A stretch of DNA of 64,000 bases, from NCBI GenBank assembly GCA_963710575.1, contig CAVQAL010000010.1:71533-135532 (forward strand). Direction: 5' to 3'. Source of the DNA: an uncultured delta proteobacterium (lineage in GTDB: Bacteria; Desulfobacterota; Syntrophia; Syntrophales; Smithellaceae). The stretch's first letter is position 1. Each line of letters opens with the position of its first letter. Of this stretch, positions 26,541 to 35,410 are shown piece after piece. The notes under the pieces were generated by a model. The model worked only from the letters and a program-made list of their open reading frames with translations. It had not been told where the DNA came from and made no database searches. The translations under genes were made by a program, and so were the position numbers.

Positions 26541-26845
26541 GTATGGAGTCTCTCCTTCTTACGCATGTTTTTAACCTTCTGTCCGAACAGGTCAGAAACA
26601 TCTTTTTTGTTTCATCTCATCAGGCATAGCTTTTATGTCAATTATTATGACAATAATTGGATACTTCACGTTTAGCGTGTCGTTTTTTAATTTGTGAACA
26701 TTATAGGATTGAAGGGCAATTGTCAATTAATCGCTCAAAGGTGTCCTACCCCTGAAAAAGGTAAGCCTTTTTTCAAAAAAAGTGACATCTTAAAACATTT
26801 TTTCAATCGCATCGTCAGCCCTTGCTTTCTGATGCAAAATATTCT

Positions 26846-26874
26846 TTGACAAACAAAAACCACCTTTCTATACT
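26846..26874 (+). promoter_or_regulatory. Sigma70-type promoter
   Basis: TTGACA-N17-TATACT matches consensus -35 exactly and -10 at 5 of 6 positions. It lies about 75 nt upstream of the 26949 GTG. Confidence 0.6.
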
Positions 26875-26948
26875 CAATTACACAGAAAGCAAGTTCTTAT
26901 CAAATCAAACCTTTCAAAGATCTTGTAATTGGCAATGAAGGATTACCC

Positions 26949-28082
26949 GTGGAATCTCCATTAATAGAAATCTTGTCTCCTTTTTCTGTCTCTGCAATTT
27001 CAATAAACAGTACGGAATTTTCCCGGTGTGTGGAAATTGCCCGCCGGTATGACGTGGAGATGCTTTTCTATTCCAGACTGAAGAAATATTATGCCGGATC
27101 TAATAACTGTATCGATGACTATCTGAAACAAATTGAACATTCATACCTGAAGGCCGTTGCCGTATCAATACGGCAGGAGGTTGTGGAAAAAGAGATTGTT
27201 GCCGCGCTTAGCAAACAGAGCATCTCTGCCTGCATCATCAAGGGAAATGAGATTGCGCGTGTCCTTTATGAAGATCCCAATTGCCGCAGTTCGGCGGACA
27301 TTGATGTGCTCATTCGAACGTCAGATCTGATTGACGCGGATAAGATTCTTTGCGGCAAAGGTTTCACTCGTCAAGATACATTGCCCTTACCGTTTTGGAT
27401 AGGCCGGTTACATCACGCAGTGTATCGTAATGCAAAAAACGGTTGCTTGCTTGAGTTGCACTGGGATTTCGGCTACCCGTTATATTTTAATTTGACTCCC
27501 GATGAAATATGGAAGGAAGTGGCCGGAAGCGACGCGGAAGGATATTCCCTTACACCGGAGGCCATGGTTATCATGCTCTTTACTCATCATTTCAGGCACG
27601 GCTTCAGGGAATTCAAAATACTGGTGGACATCCTCTGGAGCTTCCATAGATATGACGGGATAATCAATTGGCAGGAATTTACAGGAAGGCTCAAGAAGAT
27701 AGGACTTATTAAAACAACCTTAATCATCCTCGATCAATTGGATTCCCTATGGTGCTTGAGTGACAGACGGCTTGAATCCTTTAAGATTCTCCAGAAACAG
27801 CTTGCATCTTTGTCCATCCATACACCGAAATTTTTACTGCGGTATTTCAAAATTGATATAGAAAAAGAATATAAAACAAGCGGTGCACTAGACATGGAAA
27901 TGTCGAAACTTGTTCTCGATAAAAAGTCAAAGATTCTGTATTCTTTCGTTAAAATATTTTTCCCGAGACCTCAGGACATCAGAGGCTTTTATCCTGACAC
28001 CAGCAAACTAACACTTCCGTTAAACTATCTACGTTTTATCTGCTGGCGTGTAAAGCAATCGACTTGTTTTAAAAAGAAGTAA
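26949..28082 (+). CDS. Uncharacterised nucleotidyltransferase-fold protein (PF14907/NTP_transf_5-like)
   Basis: The segment CRSSADIDVLIRTSDLIDADKILCGKGF, a later HHAVYRN...LELHWDF, and the ~380 aa size are typical of the family found next to PqqD/HprK-like genes in peptide-modification clusters. The assignment is from memory of the family, not from an HMM. Confidence 0.6.
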   Translation: MESPLIEILSPFSVSAISINSTEFSRCVEIARRYDVEMLFYSRLKKYYAGSNNCIDDYLKQIEHSYLKAVAVSIRQEVVEKEIVAALSKQSISACIIKGNEIARVLYEDPNCRSSADIDVLIRTSDLIDADKILCGKGFTRQDTLPLPFWIGRLHHAVYRNAKNGCLLELHWDFGYPLYFNLTPDEIWKEVAGSDAEGYSLTPEAMVIMLFTHHFRHGFREFKILVDILWSFHRYDGIINWQEFTGRLKKIGLIKTTLIILDQLDSLWCLSDRRLESFKILQKQLASLSIHTPKFLLRYFKIDIEKEYKTSGALDMEMSKLVLDKKSKILYSFVKIFFPRPQDIRGFYPDTSKLTLPLNYLRFICWRVKQSTCFKKK

Positions 28083-28123
28083 TGGTGGTAAGTTAAAAAC
28101 ATAATGGTCGGTTACTCACTTTT

Positions 28124-29941
28124 TTAACGGTAATGTTGTGCCTGTATTTCGTAAAGGTGGGCGTACTGACCGCCCAGTTGAATCAATTCTTCATGGCTGC
28201 CACTCTCCACGATCCGTCCTTCCTTAAGAACGCAGATTAAATCAGCCATACGGACGGTGGAAAAGCGGTGGCTGATAATCAGGGCGGAACGGCCGTTGAG
28301 CAATGTGCGAAAGGCATGAAAAACCTCATGTTCCATACGGGCGCTCATAGAGCTGGTGGGCTCGTCCAAGATAATCAACTGGGCTTCTCTTAGAAATGCC
28401 CTGGCCAGCGCCACCTTCTGCCATTCGCCGATGCTGAGTTCTACACCTCCGTCAAATTGATTCCCCAAGACCGTTTCATACCCATGCGGCAGATTGCTGA
28501 TAGTTCCGTCAGCCCCTGCCTGTTGCGCAGCAAAGCAGATACGGTCGTCGTCGGGACTAATGCTCACGTCTCCGATCCAGATGTTTTCCCGTACTGTGAG
28601 CGGGTAATGTATATAATCCTGAAAGATCATGGTAATTTCCCGGCGTAGTGCTTGTGTGTCAAAATCACGGAAATCTATGCTGTCCATGGTGATCCGCCCG
28701 CCCGCAGGATCGTAGAGACGGCACAGCAGCTTGGCCAGCGTCGTCTTGCCTGCGCCATTATCGCCTACGAGAGCAACAACCTCTCCGGGACGGATTGTCA
28801 GCTCGATGTCGTGAAGAACCTCGCTACTCGCGGCGGGATACCGGAAAGAAACATGCTCCAGCGCAATGCCCACCTGCATGGGCCGGGGAACATCCGCACA
28901 ATGCGCAGGTAAGGCTGTCTGTGGCTTCAGATCCAAAAAATCATAGAAATGATTCAAAAACATACTGTCTTCATATAGACCGGCTAGTCCTCCCATGATT
29001 TCCTGCAAGTAACCTTGCGCCCGTTGAAAGGCCTGAAAATACATTACCATGTCGCCTAAAGTCATAAACCCTCGTATCGTCCGTGAGGCGATAAAGGCAA
29101 ACATACCGAAAAGCGCCATGATAGCTCCGGCTTGGGCAATCAGATCGAAAGCAGAGCGGCTTTTTACAAGTCGGAGTTGTTCCCTGCGGAGCATTTCTCG
29201 TAGGTCCCGGTACCGCCTCCGGAAGAGGTTGCCCAAATCAAACAGTCGTACTTCTTTGGCGTGGAGCTCGCCCGTTAACATCCAGTGATAGTAGTAAGTC
29301 CGCCGTTCCGTCTCTGTGCGGCTGGATTGCCATTTATAAAGACGATCGGCATGACGGATCTTAACTATTATGCCGGGTAAAACAGCGATGAATAAGACCG
29401 CGGCAACAGCCCAGTGCAGATAAAATAGGAGTCCCGCCAATGCTAGCAGGGAGATGCCGTTTTGGCTAAACTGCGTCAGGGCCTGGACTATATGGTTAGG
29501 CCGGTAGGGGGCCTCTTGCTGAGCCCTGTGGAGTGTGTCGTAGTAGCTTGGATTTTCGTAATAGACTAGATCCACTGCCGCCGATTTACGGTGAATCACA
29601 TCCGTGACGTGATCGGTAACCAACTGGCTCTGGTGTTCCCGGACGACGTCGGCCAGAGCACGGCATCCGGCAGCCAGGAGAGCCACCAGACCTGTCAGAC
29701 CGATCAATAAAAGGACATGATGCAGGGTGGCCGCTTTATTTGGGGCGCTTATTCCCGCAGTAACGGTATCCACAATCAGCTTGATCAGGTAGAGGGGCAG
29801 CAAAGGCAGAAACGCCTGTATCGCTATGAGTCCCAAACCCGCTGTCGTCCATACCCGGGCACTATCCCAGACCAGAACAAGGGCGCGGTGCAATTGCATC
29901 AGTCCACGGATTTTCTGAAAATAACTAACTTTCAAGACCAC
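28124..29941 (-). CDS. ABC exporter, fused permease + ATPase (MsbA/ABCB type)
   Basis: Six TM helices precede the NBD, with Walker A GDNGAGKTT, signature LSIGEWQ and Walker B LIILDEPTS. There is no N-terminal C39 peptidase domain. The GTG start lies 6 nt after the upstream rSAM stop. Confidence 0.88.
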   Translation of the reverse strand: MVLKVSYFQKIRGLMQLHRALVLVWDSARVWTTAGLGLIAIQAFLPLLPLYLIKLIVDTVTAGISAPNKAATLHHVLLLIGLTGLVALLAAGCRALADVVREHQSQLVTDHVTDVIHRKSAAVDLVYYENPSYYDTLHRAQQEAPYRPNHIVQALTQFSQNGISLLALAGLLFYLHWAVAAVLFIAVLPGIIVKIRHADRLYKWQSSRTETERRTYYYHWMLTGELHAKEVRLFDLGNLFRRRYRDLREMLRREQLRLVKSRSAFDLIAQAGAIMALFGMFAFIASRTIRGFMTLGDMVMYFQAFQRAQGYLQEIMGGLAGLYEDSMFLNHFYDFLDLKPQTALPAHCADVPRPMQVGIALEHVSFRYPAASSEVLHDIELTIRPGEVVALVGDNGAGKTTLAKLLCRLYDPAGGRITMDSIDFRDFDTQALRREITMIFQDYIHYPLTVRENIWIGDVSISPDDDRICFAAQQAGADGTISNLPHGYETVLGNQFDGGVELSIGEWQKVALARAFLREAQLIILDEPTSSMSARMEHEVFHAFRTLLNGRSALIISHRFSTVRMADLICVLKEGRIVESGSHEELIQLGGQYAHLYEIQAQHYR

Positions 29942-29947
29942 ACCCGT

Positions 29948-31081
29948 TTATCTCTCTAAATTAATCGGGAGCAATTCCGTCCCCTTCTTAATATTTTCCG
30001 CCCTTCTGTGAGCCACTTTGCAGAAATAAGGCGTTGAACCATCCAACATGCCCGTTTCCAAATGTGCATGGGCGGGACACCACAGGCATAGATTCACCAG
30101 CGCGCATTTTCGGCATGATTCAAGAAATTCCTTGCGTTTAGAGCGTAAATCCCGGACGCGGGGAACTAAGTTTTTCCATGCGTCCGCCAGTGTTCCCTTG
30201 CGCAAATCATAAGTTGTTCCGTCCGCCCACAAAGAAGAACACAGGCGGAAACGGCCATCGTGACTTATAGTGAAGCTGCCGTTTCCCGCGCCGCAATGGA
30301 AAAGGTGGTCGCAGCCGTAATGGGTAAATTCCTCGTTAATCAGCGTATCGCATTCCTTCCGCATGGCGTTGATGCGCTGGTCATCGCTGTTTTCCAGCGA
30401 CACGATTTGTTCCGGCGTCAAACGCTGGACACGGATTTCCTCATTGCGTTTTTGATTGCCGTCGAAGCGCAGGTGCAGTTGCGGGTCGAAACGGTAATAG
30501 TCCTTCGTCCTGGAGCGGCAAAAATCGGCAATGGCCTGCTGTTCATGTAGATTTGCCTGAATCACCATCGCTTTTAAGCGGACCCGGACATCGTTTTTCA
30601 CCAGAGCATTAAGCCCGTTAATGAACCTTTCGAATGATTCGGGGCGGCGTGTCACTGCTCCATAAGTTTCTTTCGTCACGCCGTAAACAGTGATTTCGAT
30701 GTCCCGCGGCGGGTATTTCTTGAAAAGCGCGATATGCTCTTCGTTAACCAGTGTGGCGTTGGTAAAAACCGCGACAAGCAACCCCAGACGCTTCAATCCC
30801 ATGTATATCTCGGAAAAATCTTCCCGCAAAAGCGGCTCACCTCCGGTGATGAGACACCACATAGCGCCCATTCCCGCTGCCTCGCTGGCGATGGTCATAA
30901 TTTCCGCTACCGTAAGCTCACGGCTTTGTGCCTCTTGGTCTGCTGCCGGCAAGTTTATATAGCAGTGGGCGCAGTTCATGTTGCAACGTGCCGTGATCTC
31001 GATGTCAAAAGAGATGGGCGCCTGTTTGGCCATGAGTTTATCCCAGAGAGGGAATTGCTGTATTTCGATGGTATCGGTCAT
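29948..31081 (-). CDS. Radical SAM / SPASM-domain peptide-modifying enzyme (paralog 1)
   Basis: The CxxxCxxC cluster is ARCNMNCAHCY and the SAM-binding motif is GGEPLL. The SPASM-type Cys-rich tail reads CGAGNGSFTISHDGRFRLC...CRKCALVNLCLWCPA. Confidence 0.88.
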   Translation of the reverse strand: MTDTIEIQQFPLWDKLMAKQAPISFDIEITARCNMNCAHCYINLPAADQEAQSRELTVAEIMTIASEAAGMGAMWCLITGGEPLLREDFSEIYMGLKRLGLLVAVFTNATLVNEEHIALFKKYPPRDIEITVYGVTKETYGAVTRRPESFERFINGLNALVKNDVRVRLKAMVIQANLHEQQAIADFCRSRTKDYYRFDPQLHLRFDGNQKRNEEIRVQRLTPEQIVSLENSDDQRINAMRKECDTLINEEFTHYGCDHLFHCGAGNGSFTISHDGRFRLCSSLWADGTTYDLRKGTLADAWKNLVPRVRDLRSKRKEFLESCRKCALVNLCLWCPAHAHLETGMLDGSTPYFCKVAHRRAENIKKGTELLPINLER

Positions 31082-31235
31082 ATGCCTGCCTCAATTTTTT
31101 TATTACAATTCGTCGCCGTATGGTTTTTACCTTTTCTTCATAAAGCTTTGGTTTAAGAATGGACAGAGTAATACGGAACGCAAGGGTTAAACAGGTCATG
31201 AACTACTTTCATATCACCTTCATCCGCCACAGAAA

Positions 31236-31829
31236 TCATTGCCTGAAGCGCAGTTTGCCAAGCCAGCGGTAAACTGAAAATGATTGAAAGCTACGCAAGC
31301 CATAACTTGCCGCGCGCCGCGGCATAATCAAGAGCTTTTTCAAACACAAAAGCGCTTTGCCGCGATTAAGAATCGCGATGAGTTCCCCGGCTTTCCCGAT
31401 TCCCCGATGCGCTTCCATTCCCTGGCGTTCAACGCGGCAAACACGGCCTATAATATTTTCGGTTGCAACTACTCCGTCCGAATCCGGGCAATTATCTCCC
31501 CTGATAAGCCAACCGTCGTCTGTTCGTCCAATAATGCGATGGATGGCAAGTTTTCCGGTACTGGGTTTTTTAAAGGCGACAACATCTCCCAGCGACGGTT
31601 GCATTTCTTTTATAGGCGAAATCGTCAAGACATCTTTATCGCGAATGAAAGGCTGCATGCTGAATCCCCGCGCCGTCGTGCGTAAAGCCACGCCGCTTTC
31701 CATCATAGCAAGAAGCAACTCAAGTTGTCCCAGGTCGGATAGGCTTAACTCTCCGCCTTGAAAAACGTATTGTGAATCCGATATGCCTGATGATGAAATA
31801 TTGTTAGAGTAATTCATCTCGCTCGACAT
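31236..31829 (-). CDS. S26B (SipW/Sec11-like) or S24-type serine peptidase, candidate leader peptidase
   Basis: The nucleophile motif is GFSMQP. It is followed by AIHRIIG...IRGDNCPDSD, which resembles the Ser/His-type signal peptidase motifs (HR...GDN). No TM anchor is obvious. Confidence 0.6.
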   Translation of the reverse strand: MSSEMNYSNNISSSGISDSQYVFQGGELSLSDLGQLELLLAMMESGVALRTTARGFSMQPFIRDKDVLTISPIKEMQPSLGDVVAFKKPSTGKLAIHRIIGRTDDGWLIRGDNCPDSDGVVATENIIGRVCRVERQGMEAHRGIGKAGELIAILNRGKALLCLKKLLIMPRRAASYGLRSFQSFSVYRWLGKLRFRQ

Positions 31830-31889
31830 TTAACCTTTTTCCATTGTTTGGAAAATCAACATTTGACTCATTCGTCAATTCTTATAAGA

Positions 31890-32198
31890 TCAATCATTTT
31901 TAACTGCCAGAATTCCCCGTTTGACCATCTCGGCGGCAAACCCCAGCACATCGGCTTTTATTTCCTCGGCAGTTGAGGAAAATTCGTCCATCAATTCCAC
32001 CGAAATCTTCTTCAACGATCGATGCCCGTTGAGTTTTTTCCAGATTGCTTTGCCGGTTTCGTTGAGCGTATAGAGTTCATCGTCCGCATCGCCGATCCCG
32101 GCAACCAGCGGCACAATGATCATGTCTCCTTCAATTTCCCGCGCCACCACATCATCCGACGGCACGCAGATGGTATCCACTGTCACTTTTGTTTCCAT
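31890..32198 (-). CDS. PqqD-family RRE (peptide chaperone) protein
   Basis: The start is moved to METKV (AGAGG lies 9 nt upstream). The segment AREIEGDMIIVPL...ELYTLNETGKAIWKKLNGHRSLKKISVELMDEFS...IKADVLGFAAEMVKRGIL is the classic PqqD winged-helix pattern. Confidence 0.75.
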   Translation of the reverse strand: METKVTVDTICVPSDDVVAREIEGDMIIVPLVAGIGDADDELYTLNETGKAIWKKLNGHRSLKKISVELMDEFSSTAEEIKADVLGFAAEMVKRGILAVKND

Positions 32199-32339
32199 AA
32201 AAATCAACCTCTTTAAGTAATATTTCCCCCATGCAATTCGGGTGTGCTTTTGCTTTTTCAATCTGCTATAGTAAAGTACCTAAAATGACAAAAAAGTAAA
32301 AAGTCATGATCATTCCTTACTTGTTCTAGATACTTGGAA

Positions 32340-32368
32340 AATATATCATAAACTATTTCAATATGCAA
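32340..32368 (-). promoter_or_regulatory. Possible internal sigma70-type promoter upstream of pqqD-like gene
   Basis: The minus strand reads TTGCAT-N17-TATATT, inside the 360-nt gap between the methyltransferase and PqqD genes. Confidence 0.4.
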
Positions 32369-32558
32369 ATTGGACATTCATCTTCCTGTCACTTGCCGGT
32401 AGACAGGAACGAATCCAAGGGGATAAATAAGCCGTAGCAGTGCGCGACCTCCCTGCCTTGATGGATGCAGTGCGGTTTAAGGCCATCGGATGCAATGATA
32501 GAACGGCGCGTTTTGTGTTAGGATAAGTCCAGCCGCAAACGCATTACTGTGGCAAGGA

Positions 32559-33347
32559 TTATGTCTGCCGTTTCTGAAGAAGCGCCTCACCGCGCCCAGG
32601 AATATTGTTGGGAATATGCAGCCAAACCACATCAAATCCGCCTGCGGCGAATTCTGCCCGCAGATCACTTTCCGACGAAAAAGTGTGGATAAACTCAACA
32701 TTGCCCCACAACATATCGCCGCGCTCATACGAACGGTTGCCCATTGTGAGCCAGGTGATTATTTGGCATAAGAATGCACCTTTGGAAGAAAATTGCTGGC
32801 GTGTGTCCCATTGGAATTGGCAGGCTAAATAGCCGCCCGGTTTTAGTGCGCGGCACGCGTGCCGGAGCATTTGCACGCGGCGGGCACGAGAGGGTAAACA
32901 TGAATACATCCCGGCAAAGATCCAGACGACATCATATGCTTCGGTGGGCACGTCAAGGGCGGCAATATCCTGCACGAGCCCTTTGATTTGCACGTTGTAG
33001 CGGGCGGCATTGGCTATAGCGCCTTCAACCATCTCCGGAATAAAATCTACGCCGGTTACATCAAATCCCATTCGGGCAAAGGAAATGGCTTCCCTTCCTC
33101 CTCCCACACCAAGCAACAATAGTTGCCCTGTTCTGGGTGGAAGGCGTTCCAACAGTTGCAACTCTTCGGGATGGAGTCCTTCCGCGACAACATCATCTCT
33201 GTTCCAACCTTCTATGCTCCTTAGCTTTGCATAATGCTGACGGCTGAACTCTACCAACTCGTCGGAAGTCATAACCATCACAGCTGATTTCTGGATGAAA
33301 GCACCCAGGCGAATCAATCCGCGCGCCAGCGCGATATGCAATTTCAT
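32559..33347 (-). CDS. Class I SAM-dependent methyltransferase
   Basis: Motif I is LLLLGVGGGREAI, with the acidic post-I FDVTGVDF. GAGAGGA precedes the ATG. Confidence 0.75.
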   Translation of the reverse strand: MKLHIALARGLIRLGAFIQKSAVMVMTSDELVEFSRQHYAKLRSIEGWNRDDVVAEGLHPEELQLLERLPPRTGQLLLLGVGGGREAISFARMGFDVTGVDFIPEMVEGAIANAARYNVQIKGLVQDIAALDVPTEAYDVVWIFAGMYSCLPSRARRVQMLRHACRALKPGGYLACQFQWDTRQQFSSKGAFLCQIITWLTMGNRSYERGDMLWGNVEFIHTFSSESDLRAEFAAGGFDVVWLHIPNNIPGRGEALLQKRQT

Positions 33348-33502
33348 CGAATATTCCTCTCACTATATGCAGCCACCATCTTGCGCTTCACCAGCTCGCC
33401 CACCAGATTGTTCACATCATGCGTAATGCCAGTTGCTGACGCGCTGTACCCAGCAGCGAGGCCGGCGATATGGCGCAAGAAATGTGTTCCAGTCAACGGC
33501 AT
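33344..33502 (-). CDS. Unannotated 52-codon ORF coupled to the methyltransferase gene
   Basis: The translation is MPLTGTHFLRHIAGLAAGYSASATGITHDVNNLVGELVKRKMVAAYSERNIR. Its TGA overlaps the methyltransferase ATG (ATGA), and its GC-rich, coding-like composition contrasts with the AT-rich 33520-33833. The SD is weak and I recognise no family. Confidence 0.3.
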   Translation of the reverse strand: MPLTGTHFLRHIAGLAAGYSASATGITHDVNNLVGELVKRKMVAAYSERNIR

Positions 33503-33833
33503 TTCTTGCGAGTTATAATATAAAGAAAATCAAAGACCATTTAAAGTGCAAGGAGTACAATCATGCGAAGGATAATAAAACGGGCAACGCTCAACGTGTT
33601 TAGGTTAAATGCTGAAGACCGAAAACTAATCTCTTTTCCTTCAGCTTAAAGTCTAACTCCCTCCGGCCTCATTGTTTTGGGTGCAACCCCGTCCGGATAC
33701 ACGTACATCGACTCATAAAGATAAAAACCAAACGTTAAACCTTTCTGATTTATCGGTTGGTTTTTATTCGCGAGTTGGGATGCCAGCGTGGAGCGGAAGG
33801 ATCCCGTAGTGGTTATAATATTGGATAACCTTA

Positions 33834-34010
33834 TTATGAGGTTACATTTGTATTGCAAAAGGTACCACACCCGGCGGTTGTACCACAATTGTTGTGGTGC
33901 GTGCCGGTTGCTCCGGCTGCTGTTCCTTTGCAAGTTGTCAAAACTTGTTCTTGGCTGTTTGTTTTAACAAGTACTGTAATTTTGGGCTTTGTCCACATAA
34001 GTTTTTTCAT
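33834..34010 (-). CDS. RiPP precursor peptide (58 aa), unannotated in ORF track
   Basis: AAGGAGGG lies 8 nt upstream of the ATG. The translation is MKKLMWTKPKITVLVKTNSQEQVLTTCKGTAAGATGTHHNNCGTTAGCGTFCNTNVTS. It sits in the middle of the rSAM/PqqD operon and has its own promoter-like element. Confidence 0.7.
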   Translation of the reverse strand: MKKLMWTKPKITVLVKTNSQEQVLTTCKGTAAGATGTHHNNCGTTAGCGTFCNTNVTS

Positions 34011-34033
34011 ATATTTTGCCCTCCTTTTTGTAA

Positions 34034-34062
34034 AGGATATGTAATAGTTGATTGTATGTCAA
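34034..34062 (-). promoter_or_regulatory. Sigma70-type promoter directly upstream of the precursor gene
   Basis: The minus strand reads TTGACA-N17-TATCCT and ends about 24 nt before the ATG. Confidence 0.5.
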
Positions 34063-34175
34063 GGAAAAATATTGTAGGAATTTACTTATTCGAAGCATAA
34101 TCATCTATAAAGCGATAAAGATAAAGCATGCGAGGGTGAACAAGAAAAATTGTTTCAAGTTCTGACCTGACTTCG

Positions 34176-35387
34176 TTACCCTTTCACTCTTTCTTCCCAA
34201 TAAAGAACCTCCCACGCTTTTTCTCTATTCTTCAGCCAGCCCAAAGATCTGCCTTGGGCGTGGGCAACTTCACATAGATATTCAACCGGCGTATCCAGAG
34301 TCCCGTGCTCCGCCCAGGATTTTGCCGGACACTGTTCGCACAGCCCCTTAAGAAAACAGACAGCGCAACGGCGCAGGTAGTCGGGATTGGTAGCTTTGAT
34401 GGTCTTAAGATTTTTGAAAAAATCAAGGGCTTCAGATAACATATTATGCTTCTGATATACCGGTTCATTTTCGGGATTGCTTTGGTGGCTTTCGCCCCCT
34501 CGCAATAACAAATTCCGCAGAAGATTGAAGGACAACTCCGGCGCGCGCACGCCCATGCAGAGATGAGCAAATCCATAGGCATCAATACACATGCCGTTAC
34601 CAGCTCCGCATCGGAAAAGTGCGTCGCCCGGCGGTCCCATGAATTTTCCCGCAAATTCTTTCATAGCCTTACGATATTTTGCCGCATCCCTCATCAATAT
34701 AGCCACGCCTTCTTGGGGTGAAAGACGAAGTGACGCTATCAAAGTATTCTTTTTCTCATTGTCTCGTCGATTGCGCAGATCTAAGAACAGGGAATAGCTC
34801 GGGCGTTCGTCCATCCAGGGGATTGTGTTTGCCCATGCTTCAAATTCATTCATCTCGGCTTTGTTGGGTGGCAAAATGGCGCTTTTGACGACAAAAGGAA
34901 TCTTGCGATCGAATAGCAAATCCACGCCCCGCTTGAATTGGGCAAACGAACCTGGCATGCGCGAGACCGCCTCATACGATTCCTTTCGCATGCCGTAAAC
35001 GGTGATTTCCATGAACACGAGCGGCGGAATGTGTACTAAAAGATCCGCCAATTGCGGCGTAATCAGGCGGGCGTTAGTGAAGATGAGGACTTTCAGACCC
35101 AATCGGCGGGCGAAAAGATATAGATCCTCGAAGTCAGGCCGCAAAAGCGGTTCGCCGCCGGTGAAGCGCACTTGCAGGCAACCCAGATCCGCGGCCTCAG
35201 TAAGAATGCTTTTTACCTGTCCGGTCGTCATCTCGCGTGCTTTGGCCGCGCGGTCATTGGCCGGCAGATTAATACAACAATGGATGCAGTCGTTATCACA
35301 CCGCTCGGTAAGTTCAATATCCAGAGATCCTAAGCGTGAGGCAATCTTTTTTTCCGAGTTTTTCACAAGTTGAACAAATTCAGACAT
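34176..35387 (-). CDS. Radical SAM / SPASM-domain peptide-modifying enzyme (paralog 2)
   Basis: The start is moved to MSEFVQL (35387), because the longer track ORF would overlap the upstream gene by 115 nt. The cluster is ERCDNDCIHCC, with GGEPLL. The SPASM tail reads CGAGNGMCIDAYGFAHLC...CAVCFLKGLCEQCPA. Confidence 0.88.
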   Translation of the reverse strand: MSEFVQLVKNSEKKIASRLGSLDIELTERCDNDCIHCCINLPANDRAAKAREMTTGQVKSILTEAADLGCLQVRFTGGEPLLRPDFEDLYLFARRLGLKVLIFTNARLITPQLADLLVHIPPLVFMEITVYGMRKESYEAVSRMPGSFAQFKRGVDLLFDRKIPFVVKSAILPPNKAEMNEFEAWANTIPWMDERPSYSLFLDLRNRRDNEKKNTLIASLRLSPQEGVAILMRDAAKYRKAMKEFAGKFMGPPGDALFRCGAGNGMCIDAYGFAHLCMGVRAPELSFNLLRNLLLRGGESHQSNPENEPVYQKHNMLSEALDFFKNLKTIKATNPDYLRRCAVCFLKGLCEQCPAKSWAEHGTLDTPVEYLCEVAHAQGRSLGWLKNREKAWEVLYWEERVKG

Positions 35388-35410
35388 GGCTTGATATAAC
35401 CTTAGTATCT

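Noticed and set aside
33563-33649. A 28-codon plus-strand ORF (MRRIIKRATLNVFRLNAEDRKLISFPSA) preceded by AAGGAG.
   Set aside because: It is on the opposite strand to the whole operon, lies in an AT-rich spacer, and its 3' half is a hairpin (GCTGAAG...CTTCAGC). It is most likely a chance ORF.
33646-33933. A 95-aa minus-strand ORF overlapping the precursor gene in another frame.
   Set aside because: It has no RBS and implausible composition. The 58-codon frame has a strong SD and RiPP-like features, and the rest of the 95-aa ORF runs through AT-rich hairpin DNA.
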